64,000 nucleotides of DNA from Sedimentisphaerales bacterium (GTDB lineage: Bacteria > Planctomycetota > Phycisphaerae > Sedimentisphaerales > SM23-30), in assembly GCA_963663965.2 (NCBI GenBank), contig CAXXFK010000028.1, positions 288,001 through 352,000 on the forward strand, written 5' to 3'. The position numbers and the translations under genes are program-made. How positions within the stretch are numbered: position 1 is the first letter of the stretch; every line of letters begins with the position of its first letter. The notes under the pieces were generated by a model that was not told the origin of the DNA, made no database searches, and saw only the letters and a list, made by a program, of their open reading frames with translations. Shown here one piece after another: positions 18,868-28,953 of the stretch.

Positions 18868-19623
18868 ATGAAAAAGTTACTTTTGTTTGTAATGGTGCTG
18901 GCTATCTGTATGCCAGCGATGTGTGGAGTTTCTCGAGTGCAACTCGGTTGGCAGGAAAGCCCCTACGGGCCATTCCAGACCGGTTCTGGGGGTGAATTCT
19001 CTTTCCGGGTTCTCAGCGGCTGGGATCCATTATATCTTTACGATTCCAAGGCTACTGTTTTAGATCCTTCAAACAACGTCTATTTTCAGACTTTTTGTCT
19101 GGAAACGGACGAAAAGGTAAGTGGTAATACCCAATATGACGCAACAATATCATGGTATGCTGAACTGGGTGGAAAAGAAACTGACAGTGGCGATCCGTTA
19201 TCAAAAGGCGTTGCGTATCTCTACCATGAATTCCAGAAAGGCACTTTGACAGGATACATTTACGACAAAACCAATTTAACGGGTCGTAAAAGTACTGCGG
19301 GTGCATTGCAAGAAGCGATTTGGAATCTTGAAGGTGAAGGAAGCTATACTGTTGCCAGTTGGATTCAGAATGATCTGCTGATGGAATTCGGCTTAAGTGG
19401 CGAAACCTGGAATACGGTAGCATTTCAGGATAGAATTCGGTCTGACAACTATGTAAACGGTGTTAGAGCCTATGATGTGGCTGTCATGAATGTCTGGGGG
19501 GTCGATGGAGTCGGCAACGTTTACCAACAGGATATGGTAGTATGTATTCCGGCGCCAGGCGCCTTGGTTCTTTCGGCTCTGGGAACTAGTTTAGTTGGTT
19601 GGATTCGCCGCCGACATGTGTAG
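18868..19623 (+). CDS. PEP-CTERM-like (PAP-tail) surface protein
   Basis: AAGGAG SD before ATG 18868 (ORF track gives 18739); signal peptide; motifs GGEF, FQTFCLE, DPLS..VAYLY and ALQEAIW.LE; tail IPAPGALVLSALGTSLVGWIRRRHV. Confidence 0.85.
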   Translation: MKKLLLFVMVLAICMPAMCGVSRVQLGWQESPYGPFQTGSGGEFSFRVLSGWDPLYLYDSKATVLDPSNNVYFQTFCLETDEKVSGNTQYDATISWYAELGGKETDSGDPLSKGVAYLYHEFQKGTLTGYIYDKTNLTGRKSTAGALQEAIWNLEGEGSYTVASWIQNDLLMEFGLSGETWNTVAFQDRIRSDNYVNGVRAYDVAVMNVWGVDGVGNVYQQDMVVCIPAPGALVLSALGTSLVGWIRRRHV

Positions 19624-19727
19624 TTGTTAATTCTTGAAGAATCATGAGATAAAAGGAAACGAGAAGAAAGTGTATCATAGACCCATCTAGGGCAGGGGAG
19701 ATATTGTTGGCAGGAAATGAGAAGCAG

Positions 19728-19767
19728 GCGTACACCAGCGTTTGTGTGAGTGGTGTACGCTTTTTTT
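19728..19767 (+). terminator. Rho-independent terminator
   Basis: GCGTACACCA / TGGTGTACGC stem followed by T7. Confidence 0.8.
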
Positions 19768-20278
19768 ATATATTTAAAATGTTACTATTTTAAATATCAA
19801 TTTAATTCACAGGCTTATTCTGTTGATTAAAAAATTTTAATTAAAACAGGTTGGATACTATGATTTTAAGAACCATTTAGTGTATTTAAGAGCGATACAA
19901 AATATTAGTTTTTTTAACCTGTAATTCATAAATAATTATCTTTTGGCATGTTAGGTGGCGGCATATTGTTGGTTTGGTTTTTGGAAAAATCTTTACACGA
20001 AAGTCCGATTTTGTTATAGTTGTATATTGACAATTCTTGTTGAAAAATGAAGTGCATCCTGATTGATTCAGCTTTGGGATAGATGCTATTCAAAATGGTA
20101 GGTTAGAGCGGAAGGAGTCGTTCAAACCGGGAATCATGGCCTGTTGCCCTGATATCGAATTGGTATTTCAGGGATTTTAAGGCTTGGGTGAAGGAGTGTT
20201 AAAATTTTTAGTTTTCAGTATAGGTATTTTTTTTGAAGTAAAGAACTGCGATTCAAGTAAATCATTCGGAGGCAGAAA

Positions 20279-22562
20279 ATGAGAAATAATAGTGTTACAG
20301 CCATTTTATTGGTGATGGCGGGTATTGCTTGGGGAGGAGCTTTTGGGGGAGGTAGTGGGACCCAGAAAGATCCCTGGCAAATTGGGTCAGCGCTCGAACT
20401 TAATGAAATAGGTGCTGATCCCCAGTTGTGGGATCGTCATTTTATTTTAATGGCTGATCTGGATCTGTCGGAATTGGATGGCTGTGATGGACGTCCGGGG
20501 TTCAATACCATAGGCATATACGTAGATGAATATTCGCGTGATAATCATCCATTTACGGGATCATTTAACGGTAACGGTCATATCATTACAGGACTTACTA
20601 TCCATGATGCTGACAAGAATTATGTTGGCCTATTTAATGCCGTAGATGGTGACGCATATCTAAAAGATATTTGTTTGACTGAAGTGGACATTCAAAGTGA
20701 AACAGCCCAGGGAACCGGGGGCTTGGCGGGTATTTTTCTTCGTGGCTGGATTATGAATTGTACTGTAAAAGGGGGTGTCGTTACTGTCAGGCAAGGACAT
20801 GCGGGTGGATTGGTTGGTCAATTGTTAAATTTTAACAAGCTCTTTCGATGTTGTTCAGAAATCACAGTCATATCCGAGCAGGGCTATGCCGGCGGACTGG
20901 TCGGACTGGTTAATCGGGGCAGTTTGCAGGAATGCTACGCCAGGGGGAGGGTGCTTGGCAATTCCGTTGCAGGAGGATTGGCGGGCCAGGGACGTTGGTT
21001 GTTTGTCAAGGATAGCTATAGCCAGTGTGATATAAGCGGGATTATTTGTGGTGGATTGGTTGGCCAGACGATTGAAGTGGGTAATGTATTGGAAAATACC
21101 TATGCTGCCGGATTATTGTCGGGTGAGAATGTTGGTGGTTTGATTGGATCATGCGAATACACGATGGTATGCGATAGTTATTGGGATCAGGATATTTGCG
21201 GTACAATCCTGAGCGATGGTGGGGGGGTGCCGAAATCCCAGTCAGCGATGCGAAATGTGAACACTTTTTATGGATGGGGTTGCGATGCCAAATGGCGTCT
21301 GAACAATGGGGCCGAATATCCTGCTCTGGCCTGGCAAAACGCAATGGGCAGTATTATTCGTAAACCCGAGCAGCCCTATGGAGGGGGAAGTGGAGAAAGC
21401 TACGATCCTTATTTGATTTGCACCCCGGCGCAACTGAATGCGATTGGTTTGTACGAAACAGACTGGAACAAATGTTTCAAACTGATGGCGGATCTTGATC
21501 TGGCCGGAATGGAATTTAATGTGATTGGTCATTTGAACCGGGCATATAACGGTTGTTTCGATGGAAATGGCTATACCATTTATAATCTGACCATCAAGGC
21601 GGCCAGGCGTTCTTGCTGTGGGCTTCTGGGAAATGTTACGAATAATTTGATGATCAGCAATTTAACTTTGGATCATCCCAGGATAGAAAATGGAGACAAA
21701 CAGGTTGGGGCTTTGATTGGTAAACTAAGCGCTGGTGGTCCAACGATACGTAATTGTCATGCGATACACGCTTTTGTGGCCGGTCAGGATTATTGTGGAG
21801 GATTAATAGGGAATGTTATTGACGGCGTAGCGGTGACACTTGAGCGTTGTAGTGTGACAGGGAGAATTCAGGGAAATAATTTTGTGTGGTGGCGTTACGG
21901 GTCATTTCGCAAATGGCACCATTTCTCAATGCAGTTCTTCTGGTACAGTGATCTCAACAGGCCGCTTTGCCGGTGGATTGGCGGGTCAGATTGGCTATCC
22001 TGCACAAGTTGTCGATTGTTATTCCCGAACGGCGGTTTCAGCGGTCAGTTGTGCTGGCGGCCTGATTGGCTATTGCTGGGATTTACATTATCCCGTAGAG
22101 CTGAATCGCTGTTATGCCGCCGAAGCGGTAGCTGGTGAAATTGAAATGGGAGGCCTTGTCGGTAAGATGCATCGTCCCGCCACTGTTCATGATTGTTATT
22201 GGGATATTGATTCGACCGGGCAGGAAACCAGTGCGGCCGGAACGGGTGTTGAAAATCAGTTAATGCATCAAAGTCAGAATTATCAAGGTTGGGATTTTTC
22301 CAGTTCTGAAGCGAATATCTGGACCATCTATGAAGGGAAGGGTTTGCCCAGATTCCGTTGGCAGGTAATTAAAGGTGACCTGGTCTGGCCGGAAGGGATC
22401 GATAAGAATGACTTGGGACAGATTGTCGCATCCTGGTTATATCACCAGGGGCTTTATGAACAAAACAAGTCAGCTAGTGATTATTCCAATCCGGATCTGG
22501 ATGATTCTCAAGTGATTGATTTAAATGACTTTAAATGTCTAAGTGAGGTTTGGGGCCGATAA
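20279..22562 (+). CDS. Secreted GLUG-repeat protein with a C-terminal dockerin-like domain; frameshifted near 21880-21883
   Basis: Two modules starting GGGSG…DP..I; many GGLVG/GGLIG repeats; ORF 20279..22138 loses sense after QGNN while frame 3 continues CGGVTG…; C-terminal GDLVWPEGIDKNDL…DLDDSQVIDLNDFKCLSEVW. Confidence 0.8.
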
Positions 22563-22791
22563 AACGGGCCGAATTAAAAAAAGTAAGTTTTGATCGCCTA
22601 TAGTAGTCAGGCGCATATCATTCCTGTTTTGACTGTTATGCAACGATTTGTGCGATTTTGCAACGGTCTCCATGTGTCATATGCAACGTGGTGAATCGGG
22701 TTTGATGCTATTCACTTTTTTAATTTGACTGCTATGATTCTATATAGGATAGTGTTAGTGGAATTTTGAAAACGAATGAGATTATATCCTG

Positions 22792-24259
22792 ATGCGTCAA
22801 ACTCGTGTTGTCACACTGATTGTTCTGATCCTTACCGTCTGCTGTTGGGCGGATCGGGTTTATTTACGCAATGGACGCATGTTGGAAGGGGAGGTTTCTG
22901 TCACTGGAAACCAGGTTGTCGTAAAAATCGAAGGGGGTCAGATTGGATTACGGGAATCTGATATTGAACGAATAGAACGGGCTTTACTCCCCCAGGATGC
23001 GTTTCCTGGCAAGCTCAAGGAATCATTAGCCGATTCCAGGAAATGCCTGGAACTGGCCAGATGGGCCTGGCAGAATAACTTGGTAAAGGAATATGGGATT
23101 GCTTTAAGGGCCGCCCTGTTGGCGGATCAGAATAATGCCCAGGTAAGAAAATTGCTGCAGGAGTACCGGCTGTATTATGCCAGACTGGAGGTAAATCAGG
23201 GTGCGGCAGACCAGTTACTGGCTGATCTGGGGCCTGGTTTTAAAATTTATCGGACCGAACATTACCGGATCGGCTATAATTGTTCGGATGAGTTCGTTCA
23301 AACCGCAGGTGAAAAGTTGGAACGGTTATATGAGCAATTTATGCGTTTTTTTTTCCAGCAGGGGCTTTGAACCAGCAGTTTTAACCGATCGTCTGGAAGT
23401 TGTTCTGTTTAATACCCGGGTTGATTATCAGAATCATGTCCGGCGAATCCTTCCTGAGATGTCGAATGCGGCGGGCTTTTATTATAGTGGGACCAATCGA
23501 AGTTATTTCTATGATTCGATAGCTTCTGACAATCAAATTATCCGGGATAATATCAAGCAGTTGCAGGATGCCCGTCAGCATTTGAACAAAATGCGTGAGC
23601 AGATTCAATCCCAATCAGGCGCTGAAAACGAATATGTATTTAATGATGAAACGGGTCAGCGTAAACTGGATCAAAGCGGGGCTTTGACCTATCTGGATGA
23701 GCGTGCTCGTAAAATCGAACTGGAATATCAACGTATGCGTTCTTTTTATTATGAGCAAAATGCCGCGATAACAATTCATGAAGGCACCCATCAACTGGCC
23801 TGGCAATGTGGGATCCATAGTCGTTATTTTCGAAATCCGAAATGGCTGGTGGAGGGCCTGGCTGTTTATTTCGAGGCGCCCGAAGAAGGACAATGGCGGC
23901 AACCCGGCATGGTCCATTTGCGCAAGCTTAAGAGTTTTGTTGAAAGCGACCGTCAGGCCGGCCGAATTGGATTGGCTCAACTGATTGTTCGCGATGAATT
24001 ATTTAATCCATCGGGTAATCCGTTGGCTGAAGATGCATATGCGACAGGCTGGGCTTTGTTTTATTATCTGGCCCAGAAAAAACATGAACGGCTCTTCGAT
24101 TATATTTATGAATTGTCCATGAAAATGGAGTCGCCCGATTATAACTATTCCAATGCGGAGCGGTTGGCGGATTTTGAGCGTTATTTTGGCTCGATAGACG
24201 CCTTTGAACGTTCGTGGCGGGCTGATATGGCCCGTCTCTATCAGACTATTTCTCATTAA
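22792..24259 (+). CDS. DUF1570-domain secreted protein (HExxH metallopeptidase-like); frameshifted at T9 23346-23354
   Basis: Signal peptide and D.V.L.NG..LEG.V N-domain; removing one T joins …EQFMRFF to SSRGFEP…LEVVLF; motifs AAGFYY, TIHEGTHQL…G and PKWLVEGLA.YFE. Confidence 0.8.
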
Positions 24260-24274
24260 TGGAATGGTTGAAAT

Positions 24275-25075
24275 CTAAGTTCCCCACTGGAGAGGATCCA
24301 GGTGATAATACGTTTTCAATTCCTCATAGAGTTCCGGGTGTTTGTTCTGTAATTGTTCGGGTTTTTCGAAGAATGTTTCTGAGGCTACCGCAAAAAATTC
24401 AGCCGGATTCGTAGCGCCATATTTGTCCAGAATAGATCGGCGGCCGGCTTGGGCCGAGTATCGTAGTCGGTCATATTCATGGCCCAGCACCCGGGCCCAG
24501 TGACGATAGCGTGTTCGGTTGGCGAGAATAGGCGCTCCATCTGCAGCGCCGTCTTCCTGATCTAATTGATGGGCAAATTCATGCAACACGACATTTTTCC
24601 CATCATTATGAATAACCGCACCATGATGTACACTATCCCAGGCCAGGACCACCGGTCCATTTTGCCAGGATTCACCCAGCCGGGCGCTATGACCGCCTGA
24701 TTCATCCGTTCCAACATAGGTATGTGGATACACCAATATCGTTTTAAGTTTGGGATAAAGGGTGGTTGGGCGGTTGAGTAATAATAAACAGGCCTGAGCC
24801 GCTATGGCGATTTTAATCTCCGGCGTTATGGCCTGGCCTCCACAGCCTTCAAATTGTTTTTCAGCCAAAAAGGCGATCACTAATCCCTGTAATTCCCTTT
24901 GCAGATAGCTTGGCAATTTGTCGTATAAGGGGATACTTTCACGCAGGATATTGAGTTGGTCCGGAGGTAGAGCTTGTTGAAGTAATTGGGCGCGGTGTTT
25001 GAAATGTCGAATCCGTTTCAGCCAGAATACCAACAGGACTCCTGAAACACACAGAACAAAAATCAGGTAAGGCAT
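24275..25075 (-). CDS. mtfA: MtfA / peptidase M90 family zinc-dependent protein
   Basis: FLAEKQFEGCGG, IAAQACLL, ILVYP, RLGESW..GPVVLAW, HEFAHQLD..DG.ADG.P and YGATNPAEFFAV.SE.FFE.P. Confidence 0.92.
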   Translation of the reverse strand: MPYLIFVLCVSGVLLVFWLKRIRHFKHRAQLLQQALPPDQLNILRESIPLYDKLPSYLQRELQGLVIAFLAEKQFEGCGGQAITPEIKIAIAAQACLLLLNRPTTLYPKLKTILVYPHTYVGTDESGGHSARLGESWQNGPVVLAWDSVHHGAVIHNDGKNVVLHEFAHQLDQEDGAADGAPILANRTRYRHWARVLGHEYDRLRYSAQAGRRSILDKYGATNPAEFFAVASETFFEKPEQLQNKHPELYEELKTYYHLDPLQWGT

Positions 25076-25159
25076 GATACGCTCCAGATTCGGTTTCGTT
25101 GCGAGAATGCCGGTTATTGTATTGGAAAGGGTGTGATTTGTCAGGAGAATTCCGACCCG

Positions 25160-25831
25160 TTAGAACATGTAATTGGAAAGTTCTTGTTCCTGATCCTCGG
25201 TAAAATTGATGAATTTCAGGCCATTGCCAGGTAATTTCATTTTTTCACCCCAAGGTATTTCCCAGATGATTTCTGCTTCAATCGGCTGTTTGGTCTGGAG
25301 TTCATTGAACACGGCGTATATGTTTTGGCCAACTGGATATGGATCAAATAAAAAACAGTAACAGCCGCCGCGGGATAAGTTTATGGTTGTTGATCTGGAC
25401 GGTTTATCCGATAGATCGCACTGGGTATGAATCAACAGATTTAAATGACGGTCAAAGCGGCGGTTCGAACGTAAGGTACGATGTTTGGCATTCTTGCAGA
25501 TATCTTTTACAAAGTAATCCAGGGAATCTTCACCACTTTCGTTATGGACCATTAGAATTGTACGAATGATTTGATTGTGCGAATCCCATTTTACTTGAGC
25601 GGTAGGATAGATCTCCATAAACTCCAGCAATCGTTTCTGATCTTCCTGGTCGCCGGCTTTAAGCTTTGTCAGGACATCTACAACCAGGCCATGATGTGGA
25701 CTGAGACGAAGTATTTCTTCCAGTTCTCGAATAGTTGAACAGATATCGCATTCACCACCGGCAAGGTGGATTGCTCGGCTTATTTCGTCTCGATATGATT
25801 CGTTGGCAGTAAGTATGGCAATTCTGGACAT
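25160..25831 (-). CDS. PilZ-domain (c-di-GMP-binding) protein
   Basis: C-terminal RSNRR (RxxxR) and NLSRGG ([D/N]xSxxG), plus G.GLKF. Confidence 0.8.
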   Translation of the reverse strand: MSRIAILTANESYRDEISRAIHLAGGECDICSTIRELEEILRLSPHHGLVVDVLTKLKAGDQEDQKRLLEFMEIYPTAQVKWDSHNQIIRTILMVHNESGEDSLDYFVKDICKNAKHRTLRSNRRFDRHLNLLIHTQCDLSDKPSRSTTINLSRGGCYCFLFDPYPVGQNIYAVFNELQTKQPIEAEIIWEIPWGEKMKLPGNGLKFINFTEDQEQELSNYMF

Positions 25832-26086
25832 TTTTGTACCTGTATACGTAATAATATTAAATATATCGTGTTTAATCGAGTAAAAGTTTAGATATCAAGC
25901 GTAGTTTTGGTAAAATATATGAAGTAAGTCTTTAGTATATAGTATTTTATATAGTTCAAGCCCGAATATTAGGTTTAATAGATTTTCTGTTTGTTTTTTA
26001 ATTTGATTTAAAGATAGACGGATGGTTCTGGATTGTGTAAGCTATTTAATTGTAATACGTTAAATGTTATATTTCGGATTTGTTTC

Positions 26087-26911
26087 GTGTTGATCGATGC
26101 CCATAATCATATTCAGGATCAAGTCTTCGATTCAGATCGAACTGCAGTACTGGCATTGGCTTTAGAGAACGGGGTCGGTGTTTTTCTATGTAATGCCACT
26201 TGTGAAGATGACTGGGATCTGGTTTTAGATTTATATGATAAATTACCTCAAAGAATTATACCGTGCCTGGGAATCCACCCCTGGTATGTTGATCGTATTA
26301 CTACCGGTTGGGTGGATAAATTAGAAAATATTCTGGAACGATCCGGGGCTTTGATTGGGGAGATCGGCTTAGATCGCTGGCGGCCGCAGCGTGATGAGCA
26401 ATTACAGGAAGAAGTTTTTATCAAGCAGATGGTTCTGGCCAATCGGTTAAACCGTCCGGTGATAATCCATTGCCTGAAGGCATGGGGATGGTTGATAAAT
26501 GTATTGGAACAGATGCAAATAAGGGAATTGCCTCCGGCCATGGTCATTCATGCCTGTAGCGCTTCGGTTGAAGTGATGCTCTGGCTGGCTGCCAAAGGGG
26601 CTTATTTTTCTTTTGCCGGTAATATACTTGAACCACGCAAAGAACGTATGCGGCAAACCTTGCTGGCTGTTCCCCGAGATCGACTTTTACTGGAAACGGA
26701 TGCTCCCGATATCGTACCGCCAGAAACAGCTCGGCCATTCGGACAAATAAGAACAGATGGAAAATATAGAAATGAACCGGCGAACCTGGCGGCAATCTAT
26801 CGAGGAGTCAGTGGTATTTTGAATATGGCTGAAAACGAATTGGAAGAGATGATCGAAAGCAACTTTAAACGGCTGATCGACGATACGGTCTTCAAATGCA
26901 TATATGAATAA
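26087..26911 (+). CDS. tatD: TatD family hydrolase
   Basis: IDAHNH, LGIHPW, IGEIGLD, PVIIHC, RLLLETDAP and NEPAN; start probably GTG 26087 or TTG 26090 (ORF track gives 26033). Confidence 0.92.
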   Translation: MLIDAHNHIQDQVFDSDRTAVLALALENGVGVFLCNATCEDDWDLVLDLYDKLPQRIIPCLGIHPWYVDRITTGWVDKLENILERSGALIGEIGLDRWRPQRDEQLQEEVFIKQMVLANRLNRPVIIHCLKAWGWLINVLEQMQIRELPPAMVIHACSASVEVMLWLAAKGAYFSFAGNILEPRKERMRQTLLAVPRDRLLLETDAPDIVPPETARPFGQIRTDGKYRNEPANLAAIYRGVSGILNMAENELEEMIESNFKRLIDDTVFKCIYE

Positions 26912-27680
26912 CAAGCGTTTTAAACGGATTGAAAGCCTGTTTGGCCCGGAAGGCATGGAGCGATTAAATCAGGCAAAGGTTGTTCTCGTTGGTTTGGGGG
27001 CGGTCGGGGGACATGCCGCTGAGGCTTTGGCGCGATCTGGAATTGGTCATTTAAGACTGGTGGATTTTGATCTGGTTCGTCCCACCAATATGAATCGACA
27101 ACTGCTGGCCCTGGAATCGACTCTGGAACGGCCGAAAGTCGAGGTGGCGCGAGATCGTATTCTGGATATTAATCCAGATTGCCGTGTTGAAATTTTCCAG
27201 AGTTTTGTTCATGTCGAGACGATGGATTTGGTTTTACATGGCAATCCTGATGTTATTGTTGACGCGATCGATTCGGTCAAACCCAAAGTGGAACTGCTTT
27301 GTGCGGCCCGGCAACGGGGCATAACGATCTTTTCCAGTATGGGGGCGGCTCTGCGGCGTGATCCGGCTTGTGTGCGAACAGGCCCTCTTTATGAAGTCGT
27401 GAATTGCCCATTGGCGCGAACGATTCGCAAGAAAATCCGTCAGCGCAGCGTGTGTCCCGATATGAATTGCGTCTATTCAATTGAAAAACTGAATAAATTG
27501 CCGGTTACCGCTATTACGGACCCGCTCCCGGATGATTTTGATCACATACGACGCGGACGCATCAGAAAAACGCTGGGTAGTTTGCCGACCTTGACTGGAA
27601 TATTTGGTCTGACGTTGGCCAATATGACGATTATGTACCTTATCGATCGTAATTGCGATTCAAATGAATCTAATGATTAA
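26904..27680 (+). CDS. tcdA: tRNA threonylcarbamoyladenosine dehydratase (ThiF/CsdL family)
   Basis: GLGAVGG..AEALARSG, DFD.V..TN.NRQ, DAIDSV..K, SSMGAA, CPLAR..RK and CVYS.E; overlaps the tatD stop by 8 nt. Confidence 0.9.
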   Translation: MNNKRFKRIESLFGPEGMERLNQAKVVLVGLGAVGGHAAEALARSGIGHLRLVDFDLVRPTNMNRQLLALESTLERPKVEVARDRILDINPDCRVEIFQSFVHVETMDLVLHGNPDVIVDAIDSVKPKVELLCAARQRGITIFSSMGAALRRDPACVRTGPLYEVVNCPLARTIRKKIRQRSVCPDMNCVYSIEKLNKLPVTAITDPLPDDFDHIRRGRIRKTLGSLPTLTGIFGLTLANMTIMYLIDRNCDSNESND

Positions 27681-27837
27681 GGGTACCGCTGAAAATTGCT
27701 TTAGAGGCGAAAGCAAGGATGGTTTTTCTCTGGCAAGGAACAAAGAACCGGGTATTAATTATATTCACGGTTTTTTGTGATGTAGCACAGAGGAAAATCA
27801 GACCACTTGCAGCCCTGAATGAATTTTTGAGGTTCCC
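27681..27837. mobile_element. MITE-like long imperfect inverted-repeat element, copy 2 (157 bp)
   Basis: GGGTACCGCTGAAAATT pairs with AATTTTTGAGGTTCCC; inner pairs GCAAG…TTTTTCTCTG / CAGAGGAAAA…CTTGC and ACAAAGAACCG / CGGTTTTTTGT; begins directly after the tcdA TAA. Confidence 0.6.
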
Positions 27838-28019
27838 GTAATGGGTGAATTGGAATTAATCTGCAGATTTAATTGATGACCACAGGATTGAGCCATGAGT
27901 CAACCGGTTCCCTGAAGCCTTCACTCAAGAGTTGGAGAGTCAGAAACGTGTGTTTGATTTCAAATGGAATACCGTGGCGCAATGAAAGGCGATTTGTTTT
28001 TTTTATGTGGAATGGACAC

Positions 28020-28047
28020 AAAAAAACCGGTCTCAAAAACCGGTTCT
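28020..28047 (-). terminator. Terminator of the DksA-like gene
   Basis: Minus strand reads AACCGGTTTTTGAGACCGGTTTTTTT. Confidence 0.6.
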
Positions 28048-28072
28048 GAGAATCAGTTGATTAATCCATTTT

Positions 28073-28591
28073 CTATTCTTCGTCTTTAATCATCATCGGG
28101 GCAGGTGAGGTTTTTTTGGCTTTGCTTTTGGCCAGTTCCAGTTTCCGGGCATATTCGATGCAATAGCGAGCATAAGGTTTGGCTTCAAGACGTTCGCGGC
28201 CGATTACCTTGCCCGTGCCTTCGCAGATCCCGTATTCACCCTTGTTTATTTTGCTGAGGGAATAATCAATTTCTGCCAGAATTTTGCGTTCACCATCAAT
28301 GAGGCTTAATGTAAATTCCTGTTCATAATTATCCGTACCAATATCCGCCATGTGAACAGGCATATTAGAAAGTTCGCCAGATCCATCCAAAGCATCGGTA
28401 CTCATGCGTCCCATATCACCTAATAAATCACGACGGAGTTCCAATAATCGATCACGATAATATTCGATCTCTTTGGCGGTTAATGGTTTCTCTTCAACAG
28501 TGGTTTCTGTCTTTTTCCGGCGGGCTCGCGCTTCGGCGCGGGTGGTTTTGGCGGGCTTGCTGTTTGGGGTTGATTTCGTCTTTTCACTCAT
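28073..28591 (-). CDS. TraR/DksA family transcription factor (two-Cys variant)
   Basis: Coiled coil with tip HMADIGTD, then YGICEGTGK.I..ERLEA.PYARYCIEYA. Confidence 0.88.
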   Translation of the reverse strand: MSEKTKSTPNSKPAKTTRAEARARRKKTETTVEEKPLTAKEIEYYRDRLLELRRDLLGDMGRMSTDALDGSGELSNMPVHMADIGTDNYEQEFTLSLIDGERKILAEIDYSLSKINKGEYGICEGTGKVIGRERLEAKPYARYCIEYARKLELAKSKAKKTSPAPMMIKDEE

Positions 28592-28953
28592 TATTATAAA
28601 TCCATTCTTTGTAATTAGTTATGCTCAATTCTCCAAATTCGGTCACATCGTCCCTGATAATGTCGCAGAAGTATAAAATCCACTTTGTTAAAGGTCAAGT
28701 AAAAACTCTAAAATTAGCCATTTTACCAAATTCCTCAATCGGTTATTTATGGCTTTCAGTTTACTTGATTTTAGAACGAAACTTCTTTATTCTAGTTCGC
28801 TCAATTTTGTATTTTCTCTGCAAGGTTTAATGAAAATTGATTAATTTCATTGAAACACTAATTTAATAGTCATAAAATGTTTGCGTTTCAATGTATGGCT
28901 TTGTATAAAGTCAGAGAGAATTTCGATAACCTGATGTATTTTGGTAAGTTACA

